This document shows, one piece after another, positions 42,396-51,104 of a DNA stretch of 64,000 bases. How positions within the stretch are numbered: position 1 is the stretch's first letter; the number at the start of each line of letters is the position of its first letter. Where the stretch lies: positions 2,138 to 66,137 of the forward strand of contig JBFEOO010000011.1 of assembly GCA_041550555.1 (NCBI GenBank), written 5' to 3'. A program made the translations under genes and the position numbers. The DNA is from Arenicellales bacterium. GTDB lineage: Bacteria > Pseudomonadota > Gammaproteobacteria > Arenicellales > JBFEOO01. A model generated the notes under the pieces. The model searched no databases, was not told the DNA's origin, and saw nothing but the letters and a program-made list of their open reading frames with translations.

Positions 42396-43052
42396 CTACG
42401 CCGTCTCCCTCTGGCATATGGCGTGCTCGACCGCCATCACGGCGGCCTCCACCCGTGAGTGAACGCCGAGCTTGCGCAGGATGGACTTGACGTGCAGCTT
42501 TACCGTGCCGTCGGAGATGTGGAGATTGCGCGCGATCACCTTGTTGCTCTGACCCTCCGCAAGATGGCACACAATCTCGAGCTCCCGGGGCGTTAGGCTC
42601 TCGAAAGGCGAACGCTCATCCGGTGCCCTGCGGGTATCACCTTCCTTGACCACCTTGGCGAGCACGCCTGTCAGGCCGGGCGCGATCACCGTCTTACCCT
42701 CGACGATGTCGCGCAGCGTGATGACCAGATCATCCGGCTCCATGTCCTTGAGCAGGTAACCGCGGGCGCCGCTGCGTAACGACTCGACGAGATCGCTCTC
42801 GGCGCTGCTGGTCGTCAGCATGACGATGGGCACCTGCGGCGCCTTGTCACGCAATCGCTTCAGAATCTCCAGCCCGTGCATCTCGGGCATGCGAAGATCG
42901 AGCAGAATGACGTCCGGCTTCGTTGTCTGTGCGAGCCTCAACCCTTCTCGCCCACTGCCAACAGCACCGACAACCTCTATGCCGCGCCGCTCGAGCAGCC
43001 CCTCGAGCCCGACGCGAAACAGCGCGTGATCGTCAATCAAGAGCACCCGCAT
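42396..43052 (-). CDS. NarL/FixJ-family response regulator
   Basis: Receiver MRVLLIDDH..DVILLDLRMPEMHG. LuxR-type HTH LTPRELEIVCHLAEGQSNKVIARNLHISDGTVKLHVKSIL. 20-nt overlap with the kinase gene. Confidence 0.9.
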   Translation of the reverse strand: MRVLLIDDHALFRVGLEGLLERRGIEVVGAVGSGREGLRLAQTTKPDVILLDLRMPEMHGLEILKRLRDKAPQVPIVMLTTSSAESDLVESLRSGARGYLLKDMEPDDLVITLRDIVEGKTVIAPGLTGVLAKVVKEGDTRRAPDERSPFESLTPRELEIVCHLAEGQSNKVIARNLHISDGTVKLHVKSILRKLGVHSRVEAAVMAVEHAICQRETA

Positions 43053-44691
43053 CGCCGGCCAGCTTTCCCGAGTCGCTGTGGTCGGGACCTCGAAAGGTAA
43101 GCTCGATGCGCGTGCCCTCGCCGGGCTCGCTGTCCACGCGCAGATCGCCCCCAAGACTCTCGGCGCGCTCGCGCAGGATCGACAGCCCGATATGTTGCCC
43201 GGGGTGATCCGACGCGGTCGGCTCGTCAAAACCGATGCCATCGTCTTCGATCAAGATCCGGTAGCGCCCGGAGGGATCGCTGCGGAGCATGACCCGGACC
43301 GTATTGGCGTGGCTGTGTTTGCGAATGTTGGTCAGTGCTTCCTGGATGATCCGCAGCACCTGCAGCTCCATCTCCTCGGGGAGGTCTTCGCCCTGCCACT
43401 GATTCTGGAGAAAGATCGCGATGTCCGTCTCCTGCCTGAAACGGGCCACGGCCGTCTCGACGGCCGGAATCAGACCGCGCTTGTCAATCGGCGCTCGGAA
43501 ATGAGCGATGAGCTCCCTCAACTCCGCATAGGCGTCGTCAAGACTACGCTCGACCCGCTCCATCTCCTCCCAGATCTTGCAGTCGTCGCCTTGGTGCAGG
43601 GTTTCATCGAGCACACGCACCTGAAAGCGCAGGCTCGCCAGCGTCTGCGCGAGGGAGTCGTGCAGCTCGTTCGCGAGCCGCGCGCGCTCTTCCATTCGCG
43701 ACAGTCGCTGTCGCTGCTGGTCGAGCTTCCCGCGCTCGACAGCGATGCCGATATGCCGACCGATGCTCGTCAACAGTGCCTCGACGTCCTCACCCACGGC
43801 GTCGCTGTCGGCGTCCACGAACAGGTTGTAAACGCCGAGTGTGCGGTCGCGATACTGCAGCGGCACAGCGATCAGACGCGCTTCGCGGCCGTCGAAGAAC
43901 GGCTTCCCGATCAGCGCCTCGCAACTCTCGATACCCGGCTGCTGCAGGACTTTGCCCTCACGAAGCGACTGGCCGCACAGGCACTGTTCAGTCGACATCA
44001 AGCGCTCGCGGGTGGTGACCTCCGCCCCGAGTCCGACACTGGCCACGAGCCGCATCTGCCCATCGTCGGTGAGCACCCGCGCGCAGGCTGCGCGGGCCCC
44101 GATCAATGCCTGCAGTCGATGCAGCAGCCGTGCCAAGAGCTCGTCGAGATCGCCCGACACGCTGACGCCGGCGGCGACCTCGTAGAGCAGCTCTAGCGAA
44201 CGCGTCTTCTGGGCCAAGCGTTCCGTGTGCTTCTCCACCTCCGCCGCCATGTTCCGCGACAGCATCTGCATGGCGTCACCCAGCTCGTTGATATCGCGCG
44301 AAAGCGCACCGAGCTCACCGCTGTGGGCCTGGGGCACGCGCGCCGACAGATTGCCCCGGCGCAGCTCGGTCGCCCACTCGCGAATTTGCGTGAGCGGACG
44401 CAGCAAACAACGCTGAACGCACACGAGCGCCGCGCCGATCATGGCCACGAGCCCGACGAGCAACACGATCTGCGCCATCCACAGCCATCCGGCAAACTGT
44501 GGGTAACGCCACATGAGCACGCCTGTCGCGGCGGCCGCCAGCACCGTCGCCGCGATGCCCGAGAGAACCCAGCTGAAATGACGGCGCGCTTCGCCAATGT
44601 CTTCGGCACGCCAGGCGATGGGGCGCGGAATGACGCTGACGCCTGCCTCCCGCAGACGCCGCCACAACCCGGACTCCGTGACTGCACTCAC
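43033..44691 (-). CDS. NarX/NarQ-like sensor histidine kinase without a periplasmic domain (HAMP-GAF-HisKA_3-HATPase)
   Basis: Two TM helices separated only by RYPQFAG. HAMP (LRPLTQIREWATELRRGNLSARV), Cys-containing GAF-like module (EQCLCGQS, ESCEAL), H-box ELHDSLAQTL, N/G boxes EALTNIRKH, DDGIGF, GLSILRERA. Confidence 0.9.
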   Translation of the reverse strand: MSAVTESGLWRRLREAGVSVIPRPIAWRAEDIGEARRHFSWVLSGIAATVLAAAATGVLMWRYPQFAGWLWMAQIVLLVGLVAMIGAALVCVQRCLLRPLTQIREWATELRRGNLSARVPQAHSGELGALSRDINELGDAMQMLSRNMAAEVEKHTERLAQKTRSLELLYEVAAGVSVSGDLDELLARLLHRLQALIGARAACARVLTDDGQMRLVASVGLGAEVTTRERLMSTEQCLCGQSLREGKVLQQPGIESCEALIGKPFFDGREARLIAVPLQYRDRTLGVYNLFVDADSDAVGEDVEALLTSIGRHIGIAVERGKLDQQRQRLSRMEERARLANELHDSLAQTLASLRFQVRVLDETLHQGDDCKIWEEMERVERSLDDAYAELRELIAHFRAPIDKRGLIPAVETAVARFRQETDIAIFLQNQWQGEDLPEEMELQVLRIIQEALTNIRKHSHANTVRVMLRSDPSGRYRILIEDDGIGFDEPTASDHPGQHIGLSILRERAESLGGDLRVDSEPGEGTRIELTFRGPDHSDSGKLAGDAGALD

Positions 44692-44771
44692 CGTACCGCT
44701 CCCCCGATCGGGTGCTCGAACCGCCCAGGGCCGAGCCGTTGGTGCATCATTCTACGCGATAGCGGACCGAG

Positions 44772-45089
44772 TCAGGGCTCGCTGGGCGGGATGTAATGCG
44801 GATCGTTGGGATTGAGGAAGATGAACTGGAACTCGCCAGGCGAAATCTCGACGAAATCCAGGGTGGCGCCCTCGAGAAGGGGGAGACTCTGGGGCGCGAT
44901 CACCACCGTCACCTCGTCCGCGCTCACGCGCGCGTCCTGAGCCGTAGCCTCATCGAACCCCAACGCATACTCGATAGAGCCGTCCTCCCTGCGCTTGGCC
45001 GCCACGCGCAGCACCGGGGGCTGTGCTTCGCCCTCGCGGGCCGCGGCCTGAATGCGCTGCGCGGCCCTCGCCGTCACGTCGAGCGACAT
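44772..45089 (-). CDS. dsrR: IscA/HesB-like protein without cysteines (DsrR)
   Basis: Aligns to IscA (..LRVAAKRREDGSIEYALGFD.., ..LDFVEISPGEFQFIFLNPN..), but all three IscA cluster Cys are replaced and the protein has no Cys at all. Start shares one nt with the dsrN stop (TGATG). Confidence 0.8.
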   Translation of the reverse strand: MSLDVTARAAQRIQAAAREGEAQPPVLRVAAKRREDGSIEYALGFDEATAQDARVSADEVTVVIAPQSLPLLEGATLDFVEISPGEFQFIFLNPNDPHYIPPSEP

Positions 45090-46513
45090 CAGGCGGCTCC
45101 CACCGAGGCTCGGGAGCGACCGATGTCCGCCTGCCCACGCCGCTGCCGGCGACAGGCACGCACATGCTCAAGGAAGCGCGCCGTCCACGGATTTCGACGA
45201 ACGTGCCGCTGGTGCGCGTAGCAGGCCAGGGTGTTCCCAAAGACGATCCCATCGTGCCGTCCATCGATTCCCGTGCCGCGCACGACGTCGTAGGCAAACT
45301 CGATGCCTTCGCCCACGTTATCGATTCGAGAGTAGTGGAATTCGTGCGCGGGGATCTCCCCGTCGGCACGGCGGTCGGCAGCAGGCCAGAGCGCATGGGG
45401 CGTTTCGCGAAGGCTCACATACCCTCTTCCCTGCGGTCGTTCCCACATCGTGCAGTCGACGGGAATAGCGCCCACCATGCTCCGCCGCTGCCCGGCCCAG
45501 TCGATGCTGCGGGCGAGGTACATGAGGCCACCGCACTCCGCATACACGGGATATCCGTCCAGCACGAACCGCCGTATCTGCGCGCGCAGCCTCGTGTTGG
45601 CTGCGAGCGCCTCCATGTGCATCTCCGGAAAGCCGCCACCGATGAACAGGCCGTCCACGCTCGGCAGATGCTCGTCGCGAAGCGTATCGAAATAGACGAT
45701 GTCGGCGCCGTGCCCGGCGAGCGCGTCGAGGTCATCAGGGTAGTAAAAACCGAAAGCCGCATCGCGCGGGACGCCGATGCGCACGTCTGCGGCCCGCCCG
45801 GCGGGGGACGAGTGCGGCGCGCCCACGGTAGCCGAGCGCCGCGCGATGCCGAGCACACTGTCGAGATCGATCTCATCGCGCACGTGCGCGGCAATTGCTC
45901 GAATCCGGCCCCTGGCGCCCGAATCCTCATTGCTCGGCATCAATCCGAGATGACGCTCGGAAATCTCCAGCTCCGGGTGTCGATATACCGCGCCCAACAC
46001 CGGAACATCCGTGTAGTGCTCGATCACCGCGCGCAGCTTGCTTTCGTGGCGCTGGCCGCCGAGCTTGTTGAGTATGACGCCGCCGATCTCGATGTCCCGC
46101 TCGAACGCCTGATAGCCGAGTATCAGCGGCGCGATGCCCCGCGTCATCCCGCGCGCGTCGATGACGAGCAGCACCGGGGTCCGCAGCAATCGAGCCAGCG
46201 CGGCATTGCTGTTGCTGCCGTCGAGCGCCAGCCCATCGTAGAGTCCCTTGTTGCCCTCGATCAGCGCGACATCCGCGCCGTGGCTGTGTTGCGTGAAGGC
46301 ATCCTCGATCTCGTCATCCGCCATCGTATAGAAATCGAGATTGACGCAACGCCGTCCCGCGGCAACCGCGAGCCACGAGGGGTCGATGTAATCGGGCCCC
46401 TTCTTGAAGGGCTGGACGACCCGGCCGCTTTCGGAAAGAACCGCGCACATGCCGAGCGCCAAGGTCGTCTTGCCCGACGACTTGTGCGCTGCAGAGATCA
46501 GCAACCGGTGCAT
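45089..46513 (-). CDS. dsrN: Cobyrinate a,c-diamide synthase-like amidase (siroheme amidase DsrN)
   Basis: MHRLLISAAHKSSGKTTLALG P-loop, DEIEDAF, glutamine amidotransferase domain with YAECGGLMYL. Position after dsrP. Start ATG 46513. Confidence 0.85.
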   Translation of the reverse strand: MHRLLISAAHKSSGKTTLALGMCAVLSESGRVVQPFKKGPDYIDPSWLAVAAGRRCVNLDFYTMADDEIEDAFTQHSHGADVALIEGNKGLYDGLALDGSNSNAALARLLRTPVLLVIDARGMTRGIAPLILGYQAFERDIEIGGVILNKLGGQRHESKLRAVIEHYTDVPVLGAVYRHPELEISERHLGLMPSNEDSGARGRIRAIAAHVRDEIDLDSVLGIARRSATVGAPHSSPAGRAADVRIGVPRDAAFGFYYPDDLDALAGHGADIVYFDTLRDEHLPSVDGLFIGGGFPEMHMEALAANTRLRAQIRRFVLDGYPVYAECGGLMYLARSIDWAGQRRSMVGAIPVDCTMWERPQGRGYVSLRETPHALWPAADRRADGEIPAHEFHYSRIDNVGEGIEFAYDVVRGTGIDGRHDGIVFGNTLACYAHQRHVRRNPWTARFLEHVRACRRQRRGQADIGRSRASVGAA

Positions 46514-46583
46514 CGTCAATATGCTTTCGTGCTGCCCGCGACGTGGCCTGCGAACGGGACTCGCCGGGAAACCCCGCCCGGCC

Positions 46584-47816
46584 TCAATCAGCGCTCGCCG
46601 CCACGGCGCCGGCACCTACCTCGGCATGGGCGGTCGGCGCGTCGGGCACGAAGGGAAGCACGCGCATGGCGATGAGGGCGATGGCGATTGCCAACGCGCC
46701 GCCACCGACCCCGAGCAGCACCTCGGGTGCGCTTGGCACGTAGCGGCCGATCTCGCCGTCGAAGAAGCCGCTCGTCAGTATCATGCCGGGGAACAACTCG
46801 AGCGGATAGGCCTGGGCTCCGATGATGATCACGTAGAGGTGGGCAAAACCGCCGAGCACCACAAGCAGGGCGCCGAACGCGACGCCCGTTGGCGTGGCCC
46901 GCGTCCGCGGCAGGTAGGCCAACGCGAGCGGGGCGAGACTTCCGACGACCACGAACCCGAGCCAGTACAACAGCGGATAGACGCCGCCGTCGACCAACAA
47001 GAAACGCTCCACGCCGGCGTGCTGCGCGGCATACAAATTGGTCAGGTGCTGCGCGAACGACAAGTACAGCACCGTGGCAACGAATATGCCGAGCAGCTTT
47101 CCGAGCCTCTTTACGATGACATCGTCGAGGGTCCAGACACGCCCTTTGGCTCCCGCCACGACGAACAGCGCGAACACGGCCGTTCCGAATGCCAGGGACA
47201 TCGCGACGAACAACGGCGCCATGATGGCAGCGTCGTAAGCCTCGCGCGCAACCAGAAACCCGAAGATGGAACCCGTGCCCGTGGTGAGGACGATACGCCA
47301 CACGAAGGCGAACAATCCGGCGCCCGTCGAAAAACGTTCGAGGCGCTGCTCGAACATGACCCACAGGTAGACCGCCACGACGACGATGAACCCGGTGTAG
47401 AGAAAGATGTTCCAGGCGAAGATCGAGGCGAAGTTGTAACGGGTCATGGCCACGATCAAGCGATCGGGTCGCCCGAGATCGAGCACCAACACCGCGAGAC
47501 CGCCAACGAGCAGCGCGATGGCCAGCAGCGCCGAGATCCGCGCCCACGGCTTGTATTCGGCACGCCCGAACAGCGACGCTATGGAGGCAACGTTGAGCGC
47601 ACCCGACGCCGCCACGATCAGGAATACGGCGAACACATGCGGCATCCCCCATACGATCTGATTGCTCATTCCCGTCACATGGTGGCCATTGACGTCCATA
47701 TGGTGCGCTGCGTACAGCCCAGCGGCGACGAGCAACACCAGCAGCGCGAGCACCCCGTAAAAACCCGCGCCCGCGTCGTGTACGTGTCGATGCCTCACGG
47801 CTTTCATGTCCGCCAC
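46584..47816 (-). CDS. dsrP: NrfD/PsrC-like integral membrane quinone-interacting subunit DsrP
   Basis: About 10 predicted TM helices, NrfD-like. Lies immediately downstream of dsrO. Confidence 0.88.
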   Translation of the reverse strand: MADMKAVRHRHVHDAGAGFYGVLALLVLLVAAGLYAAHHMDVNGHHVTGMSNQIVWGMPHVFAVFLIVAASGALNVASIASLFGRAEYKPWARISALLAIALLVGGLAVLVLDLGRPDRLIVAMTRYNFASIFAWNIFLYTGFIVVVAVYLWVMFEQRLERFSTGAGLFAFVWRIVLTTGTGSIFGFLVAREAYDAAIMAPLFVAMSLAFGTAVFALFVVAGAKGRVWTLDDVIVKRLGKLLGIFVATVLYLSFAQHLTNLYAAQHAGVERFLLVDGGVYPLLYWLGFVVVGSLAPLALAYLPRTRATPTGVAFGALLVVLGGFAHLYVIIIGAQAYPLELFPGMILTSGFFDGEIGRYVPSAPEVLLGVGGGALAIAIALIAMRVLPFVPDAPTAHAEVGAGAVAASAD

Positions 47817-47828
47817 TCGCCGACCCCG

Positions 47829-48584
47829 TCAGACTCCGGCGTAGCGGACACCGGTGTCGAGCCCAAGATCAGGCCTGATCTCGCGGCTCGCAACGGCGCG
47901 CAGCCGTGTGACGACGTCGCTATCGGGGTCGTTCAGATCACCGAAGCTGAGCGCACCGCCGGCGTCCGCCTCGCACGCCTCGACACAGGCCGGGCTGCGG
48001 TCGTCGTCCACGCGATGTACGCAGAAGGTGCAGCTCTCTACGGTGCCTTTGCCGCGCGGCGAGTACGGCTTCTGGCCACTGAGCGTCTCGTGGATGAAGG
48101 AACGCGCCTTGAAGGGACACGCCATCATGCAGTAGCGGCAGCCGATGCAGATGTGCTTGTCGACGAGGACGATGCCGTCGTCGCGGCGAAACGACGCGCC
48201 GGTGGGACACACGTCCACGCACGGTGCGCTCTCGCAGTGCTGACACAGCAGCGGCAGCGAGAACGTCCGGCCCGTCGCCGGATCGTGGACATCGGCTTTA
48301 CGGATCCACTGCGCATCGGTTTCGGGACGACCGAGGCTCTCGAGACCGTGCTCGTCGTTGCAGGCATCGACGCACGCCGTACAGCCCTCCGCGCACCGCG
48401 TCGTATCAACGAGCATGCCCCAGCGCACCGCGCCGCTGACGGGCTCCGCCTCGGGCTTGGCGATCACCAGATCGATGAGCCGAACCCCCGGGGCGAGCGC
48501 CACGAGCGAGGCGCCGATACCGACGCCGGCTCGCCCTAGAAATGCCCGGCGGCCGTTCTTCTCGCGTGTCGCTCCCTCTCCCAT
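47829..48584 (-). CDS. dsrO: Periplasmic ferredoxin-like iron-sulfur protein DsrO
   Basis: Tat signal GRRAFLGRAG. Cys clusters CAEGCTACVDAC, CQHCESAPCVDVCP, CIGCRYCMMACP, CTFCVHR..CVEAC. Confidence 0.9.
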   Translation of the reverse strand: MGEGATREKNGRRAFLGRAGVGIGASLVALAPGVRLIDLVIAKPEAEPVSGAVRWGMLVDTTRCAEGCTACVDACNDEHGLESLGRPETDAQWIRKADVHDPATGRTFSLPLLCQHCESAPCVDVCPTGASFRRDDGIVLVDKHICIGCRYCMMACPFKARSFIHETLSGQKPYSPRGKGTVESCTFCVHRVDDDRSPACVEACEADAGGALSFGDLNDPDSDVVTRLRAVASREIRPDLGLDTGVRYAGV

Positions 48585-48611
48585 CGACCCGACCTCTACC
48601 GCGCAACCCGT

Positions 48612-49100
48612 TCAGCGCCGCGCCGCGGCCGGCAGGCGCCGTTGCACCGCGTCGGCCCAGCCCACGGCGACGACGGGCACGGCGGTCCCCCGCGCCCGCT
48701 CGCCGTTGCGTGCCGATTCACCAGCGGGCACCGCGACGTGACACTCGAAGCAGTCTATCTTCACGCCCGTATAGGCGTGGCAGCCGGCGCAGAACTGACC
48801 GGGGGCGTTGACGGCCACATAGCCGCCGTCCTCCCCGCGCGTGGCGTGACAGGCGATGCATTCGATCAGGCTGTGGCGTTTCGTTCGAATACCGTCGTGA
48901 ACGGTGCGATCCCGCTGGTGCTCCAGAAACTCCATGTGATCACGTCGCATGACGTCGCTCGGCTCCACGCACTGCTCACCCCGGCCGCGCGGCACGTCGG
49001 GCAGCGGCACGTCCGCGGCTGACGGCGGGGCGGGCAGCGCAAGCAGCACCGCGGCAAGCGTGATGCCCGCGAGCGTGCGGCGATACGCCGCGCCCGTCAC
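48612..49100 (-). CDS. dsrJ: Triheme cytochrome c DsrJ
   Basis: Signal anchor, three CxxCH sites (CIACH, CAGCH, CFECH), and the conserved upstream Cys in GEQCVEP. The GTG start lies 1 nt after the dsrL stop, preceded by GGGAGAG. Confidence 0.9.
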   Translation of the reverse strand: MTGAAYRRTLAGITLAAVLLALPAPPSAADVPLPDVPRGRGEQCVEPSDVMRRDHMEFLEHQRDRTVHDGIRTKRHSLIECIACHATRGEDGGYVAVNAPGQFCAGCHAYTGVKIDCFECHVAVPAGESARNGERARGTAVPVVAVGWADAVQRRLPAAARR

Positions 49101-49101
49101 C

Positions 49102-51051
49102 CTACTCTCCCATACCCATATCGATGTAGCCGGTGGGGCAGACGTCGGCGCAGATGTGGCAGCCGACGCAGCGGTCGTAGTCGGTATCGACGTACCGCCC
49201 CGTCGTCGACTTGTCCTTCTTGACCCGGAAGACGGCGTCCTGAGGGCAGTAGATGACGCAGTTGTCGCATTCGAAACACATCCCGCAGCTCATGCAGCGC
49301 TTGGCCTCCGCGATCGCGTCGTCGTCGGACAAGCCGCGGACTCGCTCCGCGAAATGACCCATCACCTCGTCTGCGCTCGGACCAATCTCCTCCCGCTTGT
49401 GTCGGGCGGTGTAGGGGAAATGCCCCAGAAAAAGGCGGTCGGAGGAGATCACCTCGTGCGTCGAGCGGTCCTCGTAATTGTGAATCGCATAGTCGGCCAG
49501 GCAGGTGCCCCAACGCTGCTGGTGATCGTAGGCGTCGGGTTGCAATCCGGTCTCGCGCAGCTTCTGCAACAGGCTAAAGTGGTGGACGTCGACCTTGGGG
49601 CGCCGGCCCAGCTCCTCGGTGTTCAGATAGTGCTCGACGCTGTCCGCCGCAATCGACGCCTGACCGATCGCAGTCGTCAACAAATGCGGCCGAACGACGT
49701 CCCCGGCAACGAAATGCCCGGGGCGTCCGGCAACCCGGAAATAGCCGTCGCTGTCGATCATGCCGCGGCCGTTGTCGAGAACCTCGAGACCGGTCAGGTC
49801 AGCACCCTGGCCAATCGCCGCCACGATGAGATCGCATTCGAGCTCGAACTCGGTCCCCGGCTGCGGGACCGGTCGGCCATCCTCTAAGACGCACTGCGCC
49901 ATTGTGAGAGCGCGTGCGCGTCCGTCCTCACTCAGTATGACTTCCAGAGGCATGACGCGATTGACGATTTTGACGCCCTCGCGGATTGCGTCGTCCACCT
50001 CGTGCTCCGCAGCAGTCATCTCCTCACGGGCGAACAGCGCGGTGAGCGTAACGTCTGCGCCCTCGCGTGCGGCGACCACCGCAGCATCATGAGCCACGTA
50101 GCCGCCGACCACGTTCTCGATCCGATCCTTGGGATTGACCTTCTCGATCTTGCCGAGACGGCGGGCAACCGAGACAACGTCAATGGAGGTGTCGCCGCCG
50201 CCGACACAGACGATCTTCCCGGTGGTCACCTTCAGCGTGCCACTGTTGAACGCCTCGAGAAACTTGACGCCGCTGATGCAGTTGGGGGCGTCGCCATTCG
50301 GGACCGGCAGCGCCTTGCCGACCTGACAGCCGATGGTCCAGATGATCGCGTCGAACTCATGCTCGAGCGCTGCGATGTCCGTGTCCTTCCCGACCCGCGT
50401 GCCGAGTCGGGTCTCGATGCCGCCCATGTCGAGAATGCGCCGGATCTCGTGGTCGAGGACGTCCCGCGGCGTGCGGTAGCCCGGAATGCCGTAACGGAAC
50501 ATGCCGCCCAGCTCGTCGTGGTCGTCGAAGATGGTCGAGGCAATGCCCTTGCGGCGCAGCTGGTAAGCGGCGGCCAGGCCCGCCGGACCGCCGCCGACGA
50601 TAGCCACACGGTGCTCGCCGAGCGGCGCCATGTCGACGAACTTGAAGCCTTCGCGAAAAGCCGTGTCGCCGATGAACTGCTCGACGGCGTTGATGCCGAC
50701 GAAATCTTCCACGTTGTTGCGGTTGCAGCCGTCCTCGCACGGCGCGGGGCACACCCGTCCCATCATGGCCGGAAACGGATTGGCGTCCGTTGAGCGCCGG
50801 AAGGCGTACTCCTGCCAGCTCAGATCTGCCGGCGGCTTCTCCATGCCACGCACGATCTGCAGCCACCCGCGAATATCCTCACCCGACGGGCAGCTACCCT
50901 GGCACGGGGGTGTACGGTGAACGTACGTCGGGCACTTGTGCGAGTGATCGGCCTCGAAGATCGCCTCGTTCCAGCTCGGCCACTGGTGATCACCGTCCTT
51001 GAAGGCCCGAAAGGTGAGCCCTCTTTTCATGTCGTCCACTGTCGTCGCCAT
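49102..51051 (-). CDS. dsrL: NAD(P)H-dependent iron-sulfur flavoprotein DsrL
   Basis: GltD-like N-terminal Cys cluster CPTYVHRTPPCQGSCPSGE. Dinucleotide folds VAIVGGGPAGLAAA and VCVGGGDTSIDV. C-terminal 2x[4Fe-4S] CMSCGMCFECDNCVIYCP / CVGCHICADVCP. Confidence 0.88.
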   Translation of the reverse strand: MATTVDDMKRGLTFRAFKDGDHQWPSWNEAIFEADHSHKCPTYVHRTPPCQGSCPSGEDIRGWLQIVRGMEKPPADLSWQEYAFRRSTDANPFPAMMGRVCPAPCEDGCNRNNVEDFVGINAVEQFIGDTAFREGFKFVDMAPLGEHRVAIVGGGPAGLAAAYQLRRKGIASTIFDDHDELGGMFRYGIPGYRTPRDVLDHEIRRILDMGGIETRLGTRVGKDTDIAALEHEFDAIIWTIGCQVGKALPVPNGDAPNCISGVKFLEAFNSGTLKVTTGKIVCVGGGDTSIDVVSVARRLGKIEKVNPKDRIENVVGGYVAHDAAVVAAREGADVTLTALFAREEMTAAEHEVDDAIREGVKIVNRVMPLEVILSEDGRARALTMAQCVLEDGRPVPQPGTEFELECDLIVAAIGQGADLTGLEVLDNGRGMIDSDGYFRVAGRPGHFVAGDVVRPHLLTTAIGQASIAADSVEHYLNTEELGRRPKVDVHHFSLLQKLRETGLQPDAYDHQQRWGTCLADYAIHNYEDRSTHEVISSDRLFLGHFPYTARHKREEIGPSADEVMGHFAERVRGLSDDDAIAEAKRCMSCGMCFECDNCVIYCPQDAVFRVKKDKSTTGRYVDTDYDRCVGCHICADVCPTGYIDMGMGE

Positions 51052-51104
51052 CGTCCTACTCTATGTCCTTGACCACCTTGTACCGGTCGGCCGCCGCACG
51101 CCCC

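Noticed and set aside
46404-48539. 711-aa plus-strand ORF, plus 45023-46675 (550 aa)
   Set aside because: Both are antisense to dsrN, dsrP and dsrO. Composition is dominated by Arg/Asp/Gly/His with no motifs, so they are high-GC artefacts.
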